This document shows, piece by piece, positions 39,191-51,299 of a stretch of 64,000 nt of DNA. The notes beneath the pieces are model-generated. The model was not told the origin of the DNA and did no database searches. It saw only the letters and a program-made list of their open reading frames with translations. The stretch comes from Mobula hypostoma. Taxonomy: Eukaryota. The position numbers were made by a program, and so were the translations under genes. Each line of letters opens with the position of its first letter. Positions within the stretch are counted from its first letter, which is position 1. The stretch lies in assembly GCF_963921235.1 (NCBI RefSeq), contig NC_086097.1:60266001-60330000 (forward strand), written 5' to 3'.

Positions 39191-39974
39191 GACTTTAAAC
39201 CCTAACTTTATTTTTTTTTAATTATTTATTCTTCAGGATTGTTGAATGTTATTTTTAGTTGCATATTGTGCCAACATATCACAGTAAATTCCTAATACAT
39301 ATAAATGTATATATATGGTGAATAAAGCTGATCCTTCATAAGATCATTTTCGGCCCATTTGGTCTGCTTCACCATTTCATCATGGCTGTTTTATTACGTG
39401 TCTCAAACTCACTCTCCTGCCTTCACCCAGTAACCTTAGGCTCCCTTAATAATTATGAAAATTTCAATCTCTGCTTTCAATATACACATGGCCTCCACAG
39501 CTATCTGTGGCAATTAATTCCTGAGATTCACCACCCTCTGGCTAAAGAAATTCCTCCTTATCCCTGTTCTAAGGGGACATCCATTAGACACCATATGTTT
39601 GTATGACACATTCTTCAGCAAGAAAAAGAGAAGAATATTGATGCTGTAATCAGTCTACATCATGCAAATAACATGGTTAAGTACGTGGAAGGTTAATCAA
39701 TTTTCAATTATGTTCTATATCTGTTGATTGGCTAAAGAGTCCCTATTTTTTTTCCTGTTCTGATGCTTGACCTAATGCGTAACCACTGGAAGTTCCCTAA
39801 CACAGGGCCATTTCAATGCTGTCCTTAACTCAATATGATGTATGAACTATTGTTCTCCACTCATAACCAGATCCTGGCCAACGAACACTTTCACACTGAA
39901 CATAAGAACAAGAAATGTAGAACCAGGACTAAGCCATTTAATCTGCAAGCTTTCTAGATGGACGTTATCTAGAT

Positions 39975-41145
39975 GAACAGATGGATTTTATTTACCTGGA
40001 TTTCCAGAAGCCGTTTGATAAAGTACTGCATAAAAGACATCAATTAGATAAAGATGCATAGAGTTGGGGGTGATGTATTAGCATGGATAGATGATTAGTT
40101 AACTAATAACAGAGAGTTGGGAAACATTGGTGTTACTCTGATTGGCAATCAGTAGTGAGTGGTGTGCAGGAGAGGTCGGTGCTGGACCTGCAACTGTTCA
40201 CAATATACATTAACGATCTGGAAGAGGGGACTGAGTTTAGTTTATTTAAGTTTCCTGATGATAATAAATTGAGTGGAAAAGCAAATTGTGCAGAAGATAA
40301 GGAGTGTCTGCAGAGAGATGCAGATAGGTTAAGTGAGTGGGAAAGAGTCTGGCAGGTGGAGTACAATGTTGGTAAATGTGAGGTCATCCACTTTGGAAGG
40401 AAAAATGGAAAAGCAGATTATTAGTTAAATGATAAAAAATTGCAACATGTTGCTGTGTAGAGGGACTTGGGAGTATTTGTGCATAAATCACAAAAGGTTG
40501 GTTTGCAGATGCAGCAGGCTATCAAGAAGGCAAATGGAATGTTGGCCTTCATTGCTAGAGGGATCGAATTAAGAGCAGGGAGGTTATGCTTCAACTGTGC
40601 AAGGTGCTGGTGAGGCTGCACCTGGAGTACTGCATGCAGTTCTGGTATCCTTACTTTGGAGGAGATTCATCAGGTTGATTCCAGAGATGAGAGGGTTAGA
40701 CTATAAGAAGAGATTGAGTCGCCTGGGTCTGTACTCATTGGAATACAGAAGAATGAGAGGAGATCTTACAGTAACATATAAAATAATGAACAGGATAGAT
40801 AAGATAGAGGCAGAAAAGTAGTTTCTACTGGTAGGTGAGACTAGAACTAGGGGACATAAGATTTGGGGGAGTAGATTTTGGATGCAGATGAGGAGGAACG
40901 GTGTTTTTTCAGAGAGTGGTGAATCTGTGGAATTCTCTGTCCAATGAAGCAGTGGAGGCTACTGTAGTAAATATATTTAAAACAAGATTGGATAATTTTT
41001 TGCATAGTAGGGGAGTTAAGGATTATGAGGAAAAGTTAGTTGGGTGGTGATGAGTCCATGGTCAGATCAGCTATGATCTTATTGAATGGCGGAGCTGGCT
41101 TCATGGGCCAGCTGGCGTACTCCTGCTCTTATTCCTTATGTTCTG
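39975..41145 (+). mobile_element. CR1 LINE 3' half, degenerate
   Basis: LFTIYINDLEEGTE...KFPDD...YNVGKCEVIHFGRKN and LGLYSLEYRRMRGDL; CR1 3' UTR. Confidence 0.9.
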
Positions 41146-41924
41146 GTGTAACTTATTCATGCTATTTTTTTGCCCTAAGTACATATCCTTTGATTCCTTA
41201 AGTCTGTAGAAGGAAGCATGTCAATACACAGTTATTTTTTCCCCTTTAAACCAATTTAATTGATATCTCTTGTCATTGCTGGATGGAATCTGCGAACATT
41301 TGTCTTAGTACCTCTTTGGAAGACTTGAGATATTATTGCACTCTGCCACTCCAAATATCTAAATGTTAAGCCAATCCTACAAAAGTTATTTATGATCTGC
41401 TCAGAGTTCATTGTTGCAGATCATTGCACCCATCATCACAACTGACAGGAAGCAATTGTTGTCCAAGCAGGTAAAATAGAATGGCAGTTATCCTACTCTA
41501 TTCAACAATTTTGAAATGTCTCTCTTGGACACACATAGCTGGTGCTATCTGTCACTACACTGTTTATGAAGCTCATTATGTGGGATCCATACCCAGTTGC
41601 ACTCACTTGCTGACTCTTTACTCCAGCACTTCTCCATCGAAGAGACTGAAGATCCGATTGACTGATGTTGATAAGTTATACTGGTAAAGTAGCAGCATTT
41701 CCAAATAAACCATTTCCTAAATTGATCCTCAAAAGGACTAAGGAGATGTTAAGAAACTATTTGAGAAAAAAATCTCAGATATATTGTGTTTCCCTCCTTT
41801 TTACATTTCCTAAATAAAATCTGCCACAGTGAAGTCCTTTTCTATTTTCAATGAGGATTTGCAAAGGTCAATTCAAAAATGCCAAACAAATGAATGTTTA
41901 TTTATGCATCTGAATTATTAACCT

Positions 41925-42192
41925 TCCTGGTCAGGCAGCATCTTTGGAAAAGAATAAACAGTCGATGTTTTGGGCTGAGACCCTTAGTCAGGACCAGAAA
42001 GCAAGGGGCCTAAAACCAGAATAAGAAGATGAACAGAGGGGAAAGTGTAAAGCCAGCAAGTGATAGGTGAAAACAGGTAAGAGGGAAAGTGGGTACTGGA
42101 TGGCAAATGGGGGATTAAGTTGTTGCTTGACCTGCTGAGTTCCTCCAGCATTTTGCTCTGGATTTCCAGCATCTGCAGAATCTCCTGTGTTT
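41925..42192. mobile_element. Short inverted Penelope-like terminal-repeat remnant
   Basis: Minus arm with degenerate hammerhead (41959-41995) joined to the plus-strand terminus ...ccagcatctgcagaatctcctgtgtt. Confidence 0.75.
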
Positions 42193-43554
42193 ATGTTAAT
42201 TTTGTTTCAGGATATCTGACCTTCTCAAAACAATGTTTACTGTCTTGTTTCAGATTTTCAAGATTATCAATATTTTGGCCTTTAACAAGTGTACGATGTT
42301 CACAACCATTATCGTTGTGTTTGATTGAGCTATCCATAAGAGTAATTTTAATCAATAAACATTGATCAAATAAATTTAAGCAAATTAGTTTATAAATACC
42401 AAAAAGAATTAAATCCCATCAGTGTTCTGATGTTTCACAGCTTTGCCAAGCCAGTAAAAGAAAGGAATAATTGTAAATTATTTAATTGGTAATTAGATTC
42501 AAATAGTCAACTGAATAATAACAAAAATAGCATTATGAAGACAAAGAATGGCTAGATCATATAGGACACAGTGAATCTATGATATATTTTACCCATACCT
42601 CACCATAGAGAAGGAAAGACATTCAACATAGTTAAAAGTATAACAGGATATATGCCTGCTGTGAAATACGAAAACGTGCAGTCAAAAGTGATTATAATGC
42701 ACAGCAGGGGAAAAGGAAAAGTGTTAAGCAGAGAGACACTCTGAATGGGGAGCTGATGGGACAAAATTAGGGTGGTCAAGAAGAAGCAAGAAGGAGAAAA
42801 CACAGATGATGCATAGATACAGAGCTGCTTGCCATTTGGCCCAAGCTGGTATCTTAATGTACTTGCCTCGATGATGCATCGGCTTTGTTTGAGGAATTTT
42901 TCATTTACTTGTTAATGTCTAAAACATTTTGACTAAGTTTACACAACAAATTATTTTAGACTTTAACAAGATGTACATATATATTTACCATGAAAAATTG
43001 TCTCATGTTTATTAACTCTGACAGATGGTAGCCATTAAACTTGTCAACAAATATTTCAGCTTCCTGTGGATCTTATTTTTGTTTTGATATCCAGCACATT
43101 TGTGATAGGACAAGGTACATGTTTCAGTGACATATGACCCCTCCTCAGAATGAAGGAAATAAAGAAATATGACAACCGCATCAATTGTGCATTTTGTTAA
43201 GTTTGTCTTACAAAAAAGCAAGTCCTGTTGGGTCATAAAGCAGGCTTTGGGAAAAATATATCATTAAAAGAAATACATATACCAGACTCCATTGATGAAA
43301 CTTTCAACTGATGTGCCTCTGAGATGTGCTCCATCTTCCTGAAGCATAGCTTCCCTTTACCGTAGTCTTCATAGCCCTTGACCGTCTTATCCCTATTCCA
43401 TTTCTTTGCTCTCACCCCTTCTTGTGAAAGGAGCATGGACAGAGTTCCCCAGGTGTTCAACTACCACACCATTAGTCAACACATTTAATGCACCACTCCC
43501 ACCTAATCCAATATGATGCCATCACCAGTTGCAAAGAAATATAATCACATCAAC

Positions 43555-44132
43555 AAATACACCCAAAAACTTCTATAGTTGTACCATGGAAAGCATTCTG
43601 ACAGGCTGCATCACTGGTACGGAACGGCTACTGCACAGGACCAACAGAAGCTGCAGAAGGTTGTAAATCTAGTCAGTTCCATCTTGGGCACTAGTCTACA
43701 AAGTACCCAGAGCATCTTTAGGGAGCGGTGTCTCAGAAAGGCAATGTCCATTATTACGTACCTCCAGCACCCAGGGCATGCCCTTTTCTCACTGTTACCA
43801 TCAGGTAGGAGGTACAGGAGCCTGAAGGCACACACTCAATGATTCAGGAACAGCTTCATCCCCCTGCTATCCGATTCCTAAATGGACATTGAAGCTTTGG
43901 GCACTACCTCACTTTTTTTAATGTACAGTATTTCTGTTTTCACACATTTTTAAAAATCTATTCAATATATGTAATTGATTTACTTGTTTATTATAATGTT
44001 TTATTTCATTTATTATTATTATTTTTCTTCTCTCTCTGCTAGATTATGTATTGCATTGAACTGCTGCTGCTAAGTTAACAAATTTCACGTCACATGCCGG
44101 TGATAATAAACCTGATTCGGATTCTGATTCTG
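43555..44132 (+). mobile_element. Rex1/Babar-type LINE 3' fragment with (GATTCT)n tail
   Basis: KLQKVVNLVSSILG...HPGHALFSLLPSGRRYRSL. Confidence 0.85.
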
Positions 44133-44209
44133 AAAAAGTTTCAGTCGCTTGGCTTTCAAGATGAGGCAGCAAATTGTAATCCACATCAGCTCCGTGGAGG
44201 AAGCCAGAC

Positions 44210-44940
44210 AAAGGTAGAGAGTGGTCTGTGACTAGTGGTGCTCTGCTGGGACTGGTGCTGGCTCTATTTTTGCTTGTCGTTATATCAACAATCTGGATGA
44301 TAATATGGTAAACTATCAGCAAATTTTCAGATGACACCAAGACTGAGGGTATGGTGGGTAACAAGGAAGGTTATCAAAGCTGGTAACCAAAGGGATGTTA
44401 TGTTGAAATTGTGTAAGACATCGCTGAGGCCTAATCTGGAATAAAGTGCAAATTTCTGGTCACTTACCTGCAGGAAAGATATCAATAAGACTGAAAGTGT
44501 GCAGAGAAAAGGTCGTCAGGAGTTGAGGACCTGAGTTATAGGGAAAGGTTGGATATGTCAGAAATTTATTCCTTAGAGCATGAAGATTGAGAGGAGATTT
44601 GATAAAGCGATACAAAGTTATGAATGGTATAGATGAGGAAAATGCAAACAGGTTTTTTCCACTAAGGTTGTGAGGGACTAGAACTAGAGATCATAGGTTA
44701 AGGGTGAGAGGTGAAATGGTTTAAGGGAACATGAGGAGGAACTTCTTCACTCAGATAGTGCTAGCATAAGTGATGGATGCAGGTATGATTTCCATATTTA
44801 AGAGAAATTTGGAAAGGTAAATGAATGGGTGGATTATGGAGGTCTATGCCCTGGGTGCAGGTCGATAGGACCAGTCAGATTAATAGGTTAGCACAGGCCA
44901 AAGGGCCTGTTTCTGTGCTGTTGTGTTCTAAAACTCTATA
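44210..44940 (+). mobile_element. Degenerate, internally deleted CR1 3' fragment
   Basis: gtgactagtggtg..., ttttcagatgacaccaag (FSDDTK), and a 3' end like 19330-19430. Confidence 0.8.
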
Positions 44941-45575
44941 GTTGATCTTGTCTAAAACTGGTACAAACTCAATGGGCCAAATAGCCTCATACTATGCTGT
45001 TATCTTTTCTGTGATTCTGTATTTCTGGTTCAAAAAATCAACATGAGATACATTAACCTAATATTATACCAAACCTTCAACTATAGATTTCTTTTTGTGA
45101 TTGTCTGAGTTGGAAGTCTATTTTAACGACAAATTTAGAGTAATCACCATTATGAAACCTGAATTAAAAATTATACATTCAATGAAAGTTGTCATCTATA
45201 AAATTCTGAATTGGATTTTTATTGTTGTCCCATTATATTTACATTACCATTTCATTATTTTCACAGCTCATTGACTAGCTTAGCATTTAATTAGTTTTAT
45301 TCAGCAGTACTGCAGAGTGGTCAATGATGCATCCATTTACTCTTATATTCAAACCTTACCATTCTAAATCATAAATGGAGATAAATTCACAACTGTTTCA
45401 AGTGTGGGACAGATTCTTTATCTATACTTTGATATCTTTACCCTTTCAGTGTTCAATGGATTAAGTAATTTTCATACGCAAACACGAGGAAATCTACAGA
45501 TGCTGGAATTTCAAGCAACACATAAAAATTGCTGGTGAACGCAGCAGGCCAGGCAGCATCTATAGGAAGAGGTAC

Positions 45576-45611
45576 AGTCGACGTTTCGGGCCGAGACCCT
45601 TCGTCGGGACT
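45576..45611 (-). ncRNA. Minimal type-I hammerhead ribozyme motif (core variant CCGACGA)
   Basis: Reverse complement reads agtc-CCGACGA-a-ggg-tctcgg-ccc-GAAAC-GTC-gact. Confidence 0.75.
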
Positions 45612-46165
45612 AACTGAAAGAAGAGATAGCAAAAGATTTGAAAGGGGGTGGGAGAGGGGTAGATCTGAAATGATAGGAGAAGGCAGGAGGGGGAGGGATG
45701 GAACTAAGAGCTGGAAAGTTGATTAGCAAAAGGGATACGAGAGGATCATGGGACGGGAGGCCTAGGGAGAAAGAAAGAGGGAGGGGGAAGCCCAGAGGAT
45801 AGGCAAGGAGTATAGTGAGAGGGACAGAGGGAGAGAAAGGTAAGAGAAAAAAAAAGCAATAATAAATAAATAATAATAATTATTATTATTTGTATTATTT
45901 TATTTATTATTATTATTTTTTCTCTCTCCTTTTTCTCCCTCTGTCCCTCTCACTATATTCCTTGCCCATCCTCTGGGCATCCCCACTCCCCCTTTCTTTC
46001 TCCCTAGGCCTCCCGTCCCATGATCCTCTCATATCCCTTTTGCCAATCAACTTTCCAGCCCTTAGCTCCCTCCCCCTCCTGTCTTCTCCTATCATTTCGG
46101 ATCTCCCCCTCTCCCTCCCACTCCCACTCCCACTTTCAAATCTCTTACTATCTCTTCTTTCAGTT

Positions 46166-46201
46166 AGTCCTGACGAAGGGTCTCGGCCCGAAAGGTCGAC
46201 T
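46166..46201 (+). ncRNA. Minimal type-I hammerhead ribozyme motif (GAAAG variant)
   Basis: agtc-CTGACGA-a-ggg-tctcgg-ccc-GAAAG-GTC-gact. Confidence 0.78.
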
Positions 46202-46419
46202 GTACCTCTTCCTATAGATGCTGCCTGGCCTGCTGCGTTCACCAGCAATTTTTATGTGTGTTGCAAACAATTTTCATCTGGGCTTTTTTTGTGAGATCAA
46301 CAATCAACACTAACCCCCACCCAGAGGATGAGAATTCCATTGGGAAAGGAAATCATTCAAATTAATGAAAATGTCTCAACAATTTCACCAGTCAACTCTT
46401 AAGACAGTAGATGTTCTCT

Positions 46420-46870
46420 CTTCAAAGTACAAAGTAAATTTCTTATTGAAGTACATATACTGTATGTCACCATAAAAAAACCCTGAGATTCATTTTCTTG
46501 CAGACAGTTGTTCACAGTATATACAAGAAATACAATAGAATCAATGAAAGACTGCATCCAACAAGATGGACAATCAACCAATGTGCAAATACAAAAAGAA
46601 TAAACAAACAAACAAACAAACAAATAAATAAATAAGCGAGCAAGCAAGCAAGCAAGCAAGCAAGCAGGCAATATATATTGAGAACATGAGATGAAGAATC
46701 CTTGAAAGTGAGTCCATAGGTTGGGAATATTTCAGTGATGGGATGAGTGAAATTATTGTCTGGTTCAAGAGTCTGTGGTTGAGAGGTAACAACTATTCCT
46801 GAACTAGGTGATATAGCACCTGAGTCTCCTATACCTTCTTCCTGATGGCAACAGTAAGAAGAGAGCATGG
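46420..46870 (-). mobile_element. Rex1/Babar-type 3' fragment containing a compound (AAAC)n(AAAT)n(AAGC)n microsatellite
   Basis: ataccttcttcctgatggcaacagtaagaagagagcatgg is the reverse complement of a HALFLLLPSGRRY-like sequence; microsatellite at 46600-46665. Confidence 0.75.
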
Positions 46871-47055
46871 CTTGGAAGTCTCTGAATTCTTTCGTTGTAC
46901 TCTTGAGCAAGAAATAAGCACATTGTTTTCAATAACTTAATAGTGTAATATTGAGGCAAACAGCAGGAATTCTATAGATGCTGGAAATTCAAGCAACACA
47001 CATTAAAGTTGTTGGTGAACGCAGCAGGCCAGGCTGCATCTCTAGGAAGAGGTAC

Positions 47056-47091
47056 AGTCGACGTTTCAGGCCGGGATTCTTCGTCAGGACT
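47056..47091 (-). ncRNA. Minimal type-I hammerhead ribozyme motif (stem II mutated)
   Basis: Reverse complement reads agtc-CTGACGA-a-gaa-tcccgg-cct-GAAAC-GTC-gact. Confidence 0.72.
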
Positions 47092-48558
47092 AACTGAAGG
47101 AAGAGTTAGTAAGAGGTTTGAAAGTGGGAGGGGGAGGGGGAGATCCGAAATGATAGGAGAAGAGGAGGGGGAGATCCAAAATGATAGGAGAAGACAGGAG
47201 GGGGAGGGATGGAGCCAAGAGCTGGACAGGTGATTGGCAAAGGGGATATGAGAGGATCATGGGACAGGAGGTCTGGGGAGAAAGACAAGGGGGGGGGAAC
47301 CCAGAGGATGGGCAAGGGGTATAGTGAGAGGGACATAGGGAGAAAAAGGAGAGAGAGAGAGAGAGAAGGAATGTGTGTATAAAAATAAATAATGGATGGG
47401 TATGAGGGGGAGGTGGGGCATTAGCGGAAGTTAGAGAAGTTGATGTTCATGCCACCAGGTTGGAGGCCCGGAGAATAATATGTTGGACCCGGAGGCTGGT
47501 GGGGTGGTAGGTGAGGACCAGGGGAACCCTATTCCTAGTGGGATGGCGGGAGGATGGAGTGAGAGCAGATGTACATGAAATGGGGGATGCGTTTCAGAGC
47601 AGAGTTGATAGTTGAGGAAGGGAAGCCCCTTTCTTTAAAGAAGGAAGACATCTCCCTCGTCGTGGAATGAAAAGCCTCATCCTGAGAGCAGATGTGGCAG
47701 AGACAGTCCTGGAACTTCTGCCACCTCCAACGGGATCTCACCACTAAACACATCTTTCCCTCCCCCCCACCCGCTTTCCGCAGGGATCGCGCCCTACGCA
47801 ACTCCCTTGTCCATTCGTCCCCCCTATCCCTCCCCACTGATCTCCCTCCTGGCACTTATCCTTGTAAGCGGAACAAGTGCTACACATGCCCTTACACTTC
47901 CTCCCTTACCACCATTCAGGGCCCCAGACAGTCCTTCCAGGTGAGGCGACACTTCACCTGTGAGTCGGCTGGGGTGATATACTGCATACGGTGCTCCCGA
48001 TGTGGCCTTCTATATATTAGCGAGATCCAACGCAGACTGGGAGACCGCTTTGCTGAACACCTACGCTCTGTCCGCCAGAGAAAGCAGGATCTCCCAGTGG
48101 CCACATATTTTAATTCCACATCCCATTCCCATTCTGACATGTCTATCCACGGCCTCCTCTACTGTAAAGATGAAGCCACACCCAGGTTGGAGGAACAACA
48201 CCTTATATTTCGTCTGGGTAGCCTCCAACCTGATGGCATGAACATCGACTTCTCTAACTTCCGCTAATGCCCCACCTCCCCCTTGTACCCCATCCGTTAT
48301 TTATATGCACACATTCTTTCTCTCACTCTCCTTTTTCTCCCTCTGTCCCTCTGAATATACCCCTTGCCCATCCTCTGGGTTCCCCCGCCACCTTGTCTTT
48401 CTTTCTGGACCTCCTGTCCCATGATCCTCTTATATCCTGTTTGCCAATCACCTGTCCAGCTCTTGGCTCTATCCCTCCGCCTCCTGTCTTCTCCTATCAT
48501 TTTGGATCTCCCCCTCCCCCTCCCACTTTCAAATCCCTTACTCACTCTTCCTTCAGTT

Positions 48559-48594
48559 AGTCCTGATGAAGGGTCTCGGCACGAAACGTCGACT
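48559..48594 (+). ncRNA. Minimal type-I hammerhead ribozyme motif (intact core)
   Basis: agtc-CTGATGA-a-ggg-tctcgg-cac-GAAAC-GTC-gact; one stem II mismatch. Confidence 0.82.
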
Positions 48595-49229
48595 GTACCT
48601 CTTCCTAGAGATGCTGCCTGGCCTGCTGTGTTCACCAGCAACTTTGATGTGTGTTGAGTGTAATATTGAGACTGATCATTTTTCAAGCCAAAATATTGGA
48701 GTGGCCATAATCCCTACAATTTTTGCACCCCAAATCCATCTGCACAAACTCACTGCATACCAAAATAAAGCATCACACTTTAATTTGTTCCTGTCCTTGG
48801 CCAGAAAAGTTGATTGGCATTGCATTAACAATTATCATATCATTAAATGGATCCTTAGGCAGTTAAATTCTAGCCCTAACATTCTATGCCAAGTTTAATG
48901 GACAATTAATATGCAAATCTAACCACTTCTTTAAAATAATGGGACAGATAAATGTGAAGGAAATGGTGAGCAGTTTAAATAGATCAGAATGATCTCAAGG
49001 CTCATGACTCATGGTGGATTCTTTAGTCACTAAAGCTTACTAACTAATTTGTGCATTGGCAACAACTGCATTATGATTATCCAGCAAGATCTCAACCTGG
49101 ATTTGTATTTCTTTTGAGATCTAGGATTAGTTGCATTAAAATTTAGTAACAGTGCTTTGAAAGTTTTCTGACATAACAGAAGTTGGCACTCTGGAAGCTT
49201 CACTTATGTTGGGGTTTTTACTTTCACAG

Positions 49230-49366
49230 AAGTAGAAGTTTGTTCAAACAAGATAAAGCTGACAACTGAGGAAGAGAAGCTTGCTATCAGCATTGCAGTC
49301 TCCTTAAAGCACCCTTTCATCCTTCCAATCAATGCATATTCAAAACCCAGTAGTCCACTTGTACAG
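49230..49366 (+). CDS. Candidate internal coding exon of an unidentified host gene
   Basis: Acceptor tttttactttcacAG and donor CAG|GTatat; 137 nt. Only one frame is open: (x)VEVCSNKIKLTTEEEKLAISIAVSLKHPFILPINAYSKPSSPLVQ. Lies in apparently non-repetitive sequence; product not recognised. Confidence 0.45.
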
Positions 49367-50144
49367 GTATATTTTGCTGAATGAAACTGAAAATAAATAT
49401 AGCCAAGTGTGAAGATAGCAGACAGTCTTTCATTTTGCCACATTCTTCAGAGGCCTTTCAGAAATGTGGTTTTAAAAAGCTGAAGCCTCAGGAAGCATAA
49501 CAATGGAGTATATATCTCTGTACACTCCCAAAGTCTATAAGCCTCAGAAATATCCCAGCTTCAATGATTCTGGTTTCCTGAGTAACCGTGATATTAATTG
49601 CTTTACCATCGACAGATGTGACTTCACCTTCTAAACGTCTAATCTCTTGAACTTGCTCCCAAATCCTCTCAAACTTTTTTCTTCTCCTATCAAGATGTTC
49701 TTCAAAAACTAATTATTTTACTAAGCATTCAATCAGCTATCCTACCATTTCAAAATTTGACAAATAAACTATTGTTTTATCAATATAGCATTTATTTAAC
49801 TTATTTTCCTTCTGTAATTGATAAAACATATGAACAAAAGCAAGTAGCAGGAGAATGTTTCTAAGTCTCTTAAGCTTGATCTACCATTCAAAAAGATCAA
49901 ATAATTATTTCAACACTACATTCATGCTCTATTCTCTTTCTCCTGGAATCCCTTCCAAATCAGATCCGAGTGCCATAAATTATCTGAGTCTGAAGAACCT
50001 TCTGAGATTGAGAATTCTAAAAACTCATCACTCTCTTAAGGAACGCAAACACGAGGAATTCTGCAGATGCTGGAATTTCAAGCAACACACATCAACGTTG
50101 CTGGTGAACGCAGCAGGCCAGGCAGCATCTCTAGCAAGAGGTAC

Positions 50145-50180
50145 AGTCGAAGTTTCGGGCCGAAACCCTTCGTCAGGACT
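50145..50180 (-). ncRNA. Minimal type-I hammerhead ribozyme motif (UUC variant)
   Basis: Reverse complement reads agtc-CTGACGA-a-ggg-tttcgg-ccc-GAAAC-TTC-gact. Confidence 0.75.
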
Positions 50181-51299
50181 AACTGAAGGAAGAGCTAGTA
50201 AGAAATTTGAAAGTGGGAGGGGGAGGGGGAGATCGAAAATGATAGGAGAAGACAGGAGGCGGAGGGATAGAGCCAAGAGCTGGACAGGCGATTGGCAAAA
50301 GGGATATGAGAGGATCATGGGACAGGAGGCCCAGGGAGAAGGAAAAGGGGGAGGGGGGGGAAACCCAGAGGATGGGCAAGGGGTATAGTCAGAGGGATAG
50401 AGGGAGAAAAAGGAGAGAGAGAGAAAGAATGTGTGTATATAAATAAATAACGAATGTGGTACGAGGGGGAGGTGGGACATTAGCGGAAGTTAGAGAAGTC
50501 AATATTCATGCCATCAGGTTGGAGGCTACCCAAACGGAATATTAGGTGTTGTTCCACCAACCTGAGTGTGGCTTCATCTTTACAGTAGAGGAGGCCGTGG
50601 ATAGACATGTCAGAATGGGAATGGGATGTGGAATTAAAATGTGTGGCCACTGGGAGATCCTTTTTTCTCTGGCGGACAGAGGGTAGGTGTTCAGCAAAAT
50701 GATCTTCTAGTCTGCGTCAGGTCTCGCCAATATATAGAAGGCCACATCGGGAGCACCGGACGCAGTATATCACCCCAGCCGACTCACAGGTGAAATGTCG
50801 CCTCACCTGGAAGGACTGTCTGGGGACCTGAATGGTGGTAAGGGAGGAAATGTAAAGGCATGTGTAGCACTTGTTCCGCTTACAAGGATAAGTGCCAGGA
50901 GGGAGATCAGTGGGGAGGGATGGGGGGGACGAATGGACAAGGGAGTCGCGTAGGGAGCAATCCCTGCAGAAAGCGGGGTGGCGGGAAGGAAAGATGTGCT
51001 TAGAGGTGGGATCCCGTTGGAGGTGGCGGAAATTACGGAGAATAATATGTTGGACCTGGAGGCTAGTGGGGTGGTAGGTGAGGTCCAGGGGAACCCTATT
51101 CCTAGTGGGGTGGCGGGAGGATGGAGTGAGAGCAGATGTGCGTGAAATGGGGGAGATGCGTTTGAGAGCAGAGTTGATGGTGGAGGAAGGGAAGCCCCTT
51201 TCTTTAAAAAAGGAGGACATCTCCCTGGTCCTGGAATGAAAAGCCTCATCCTGAGAGCAGATGCAGCAGAGTTCCTGGAATGAAACGCCTCATCCTGAG

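Larger units (their letters stand above)
45476..46268. mobile_element. Palindromic Penelope-like terminal-repeat element (non-coding)
   Basis: Minus arm ~45476-45880 and plus arm ~45880-46264 meet in (AAT)n/(ATT)n. Flanking direct repeat aattttcat at 45467-45475 and 46269-46277. Confidence 0.92.
46956..48656. mobile_element. Inverted-repeat Penelope-like element with GIY-YIG coding half
   Basis: Minus arm 46956-~47703, plus arm ~47712-48656. ORF 47692-48267 contains CKRNKCYTC...VIYCIRCSRCGLLYISE...RFAEH. Perfect TSD agtgtaatattgag at 46942-46955 and 48657-48670. Confidence 0.95.

Noticed and set aside
46399..46910. ORFs containing LACLLACLL repeats
   Set aside because: Translation of a tetranucleotide microsatellite within a LINE fragment.
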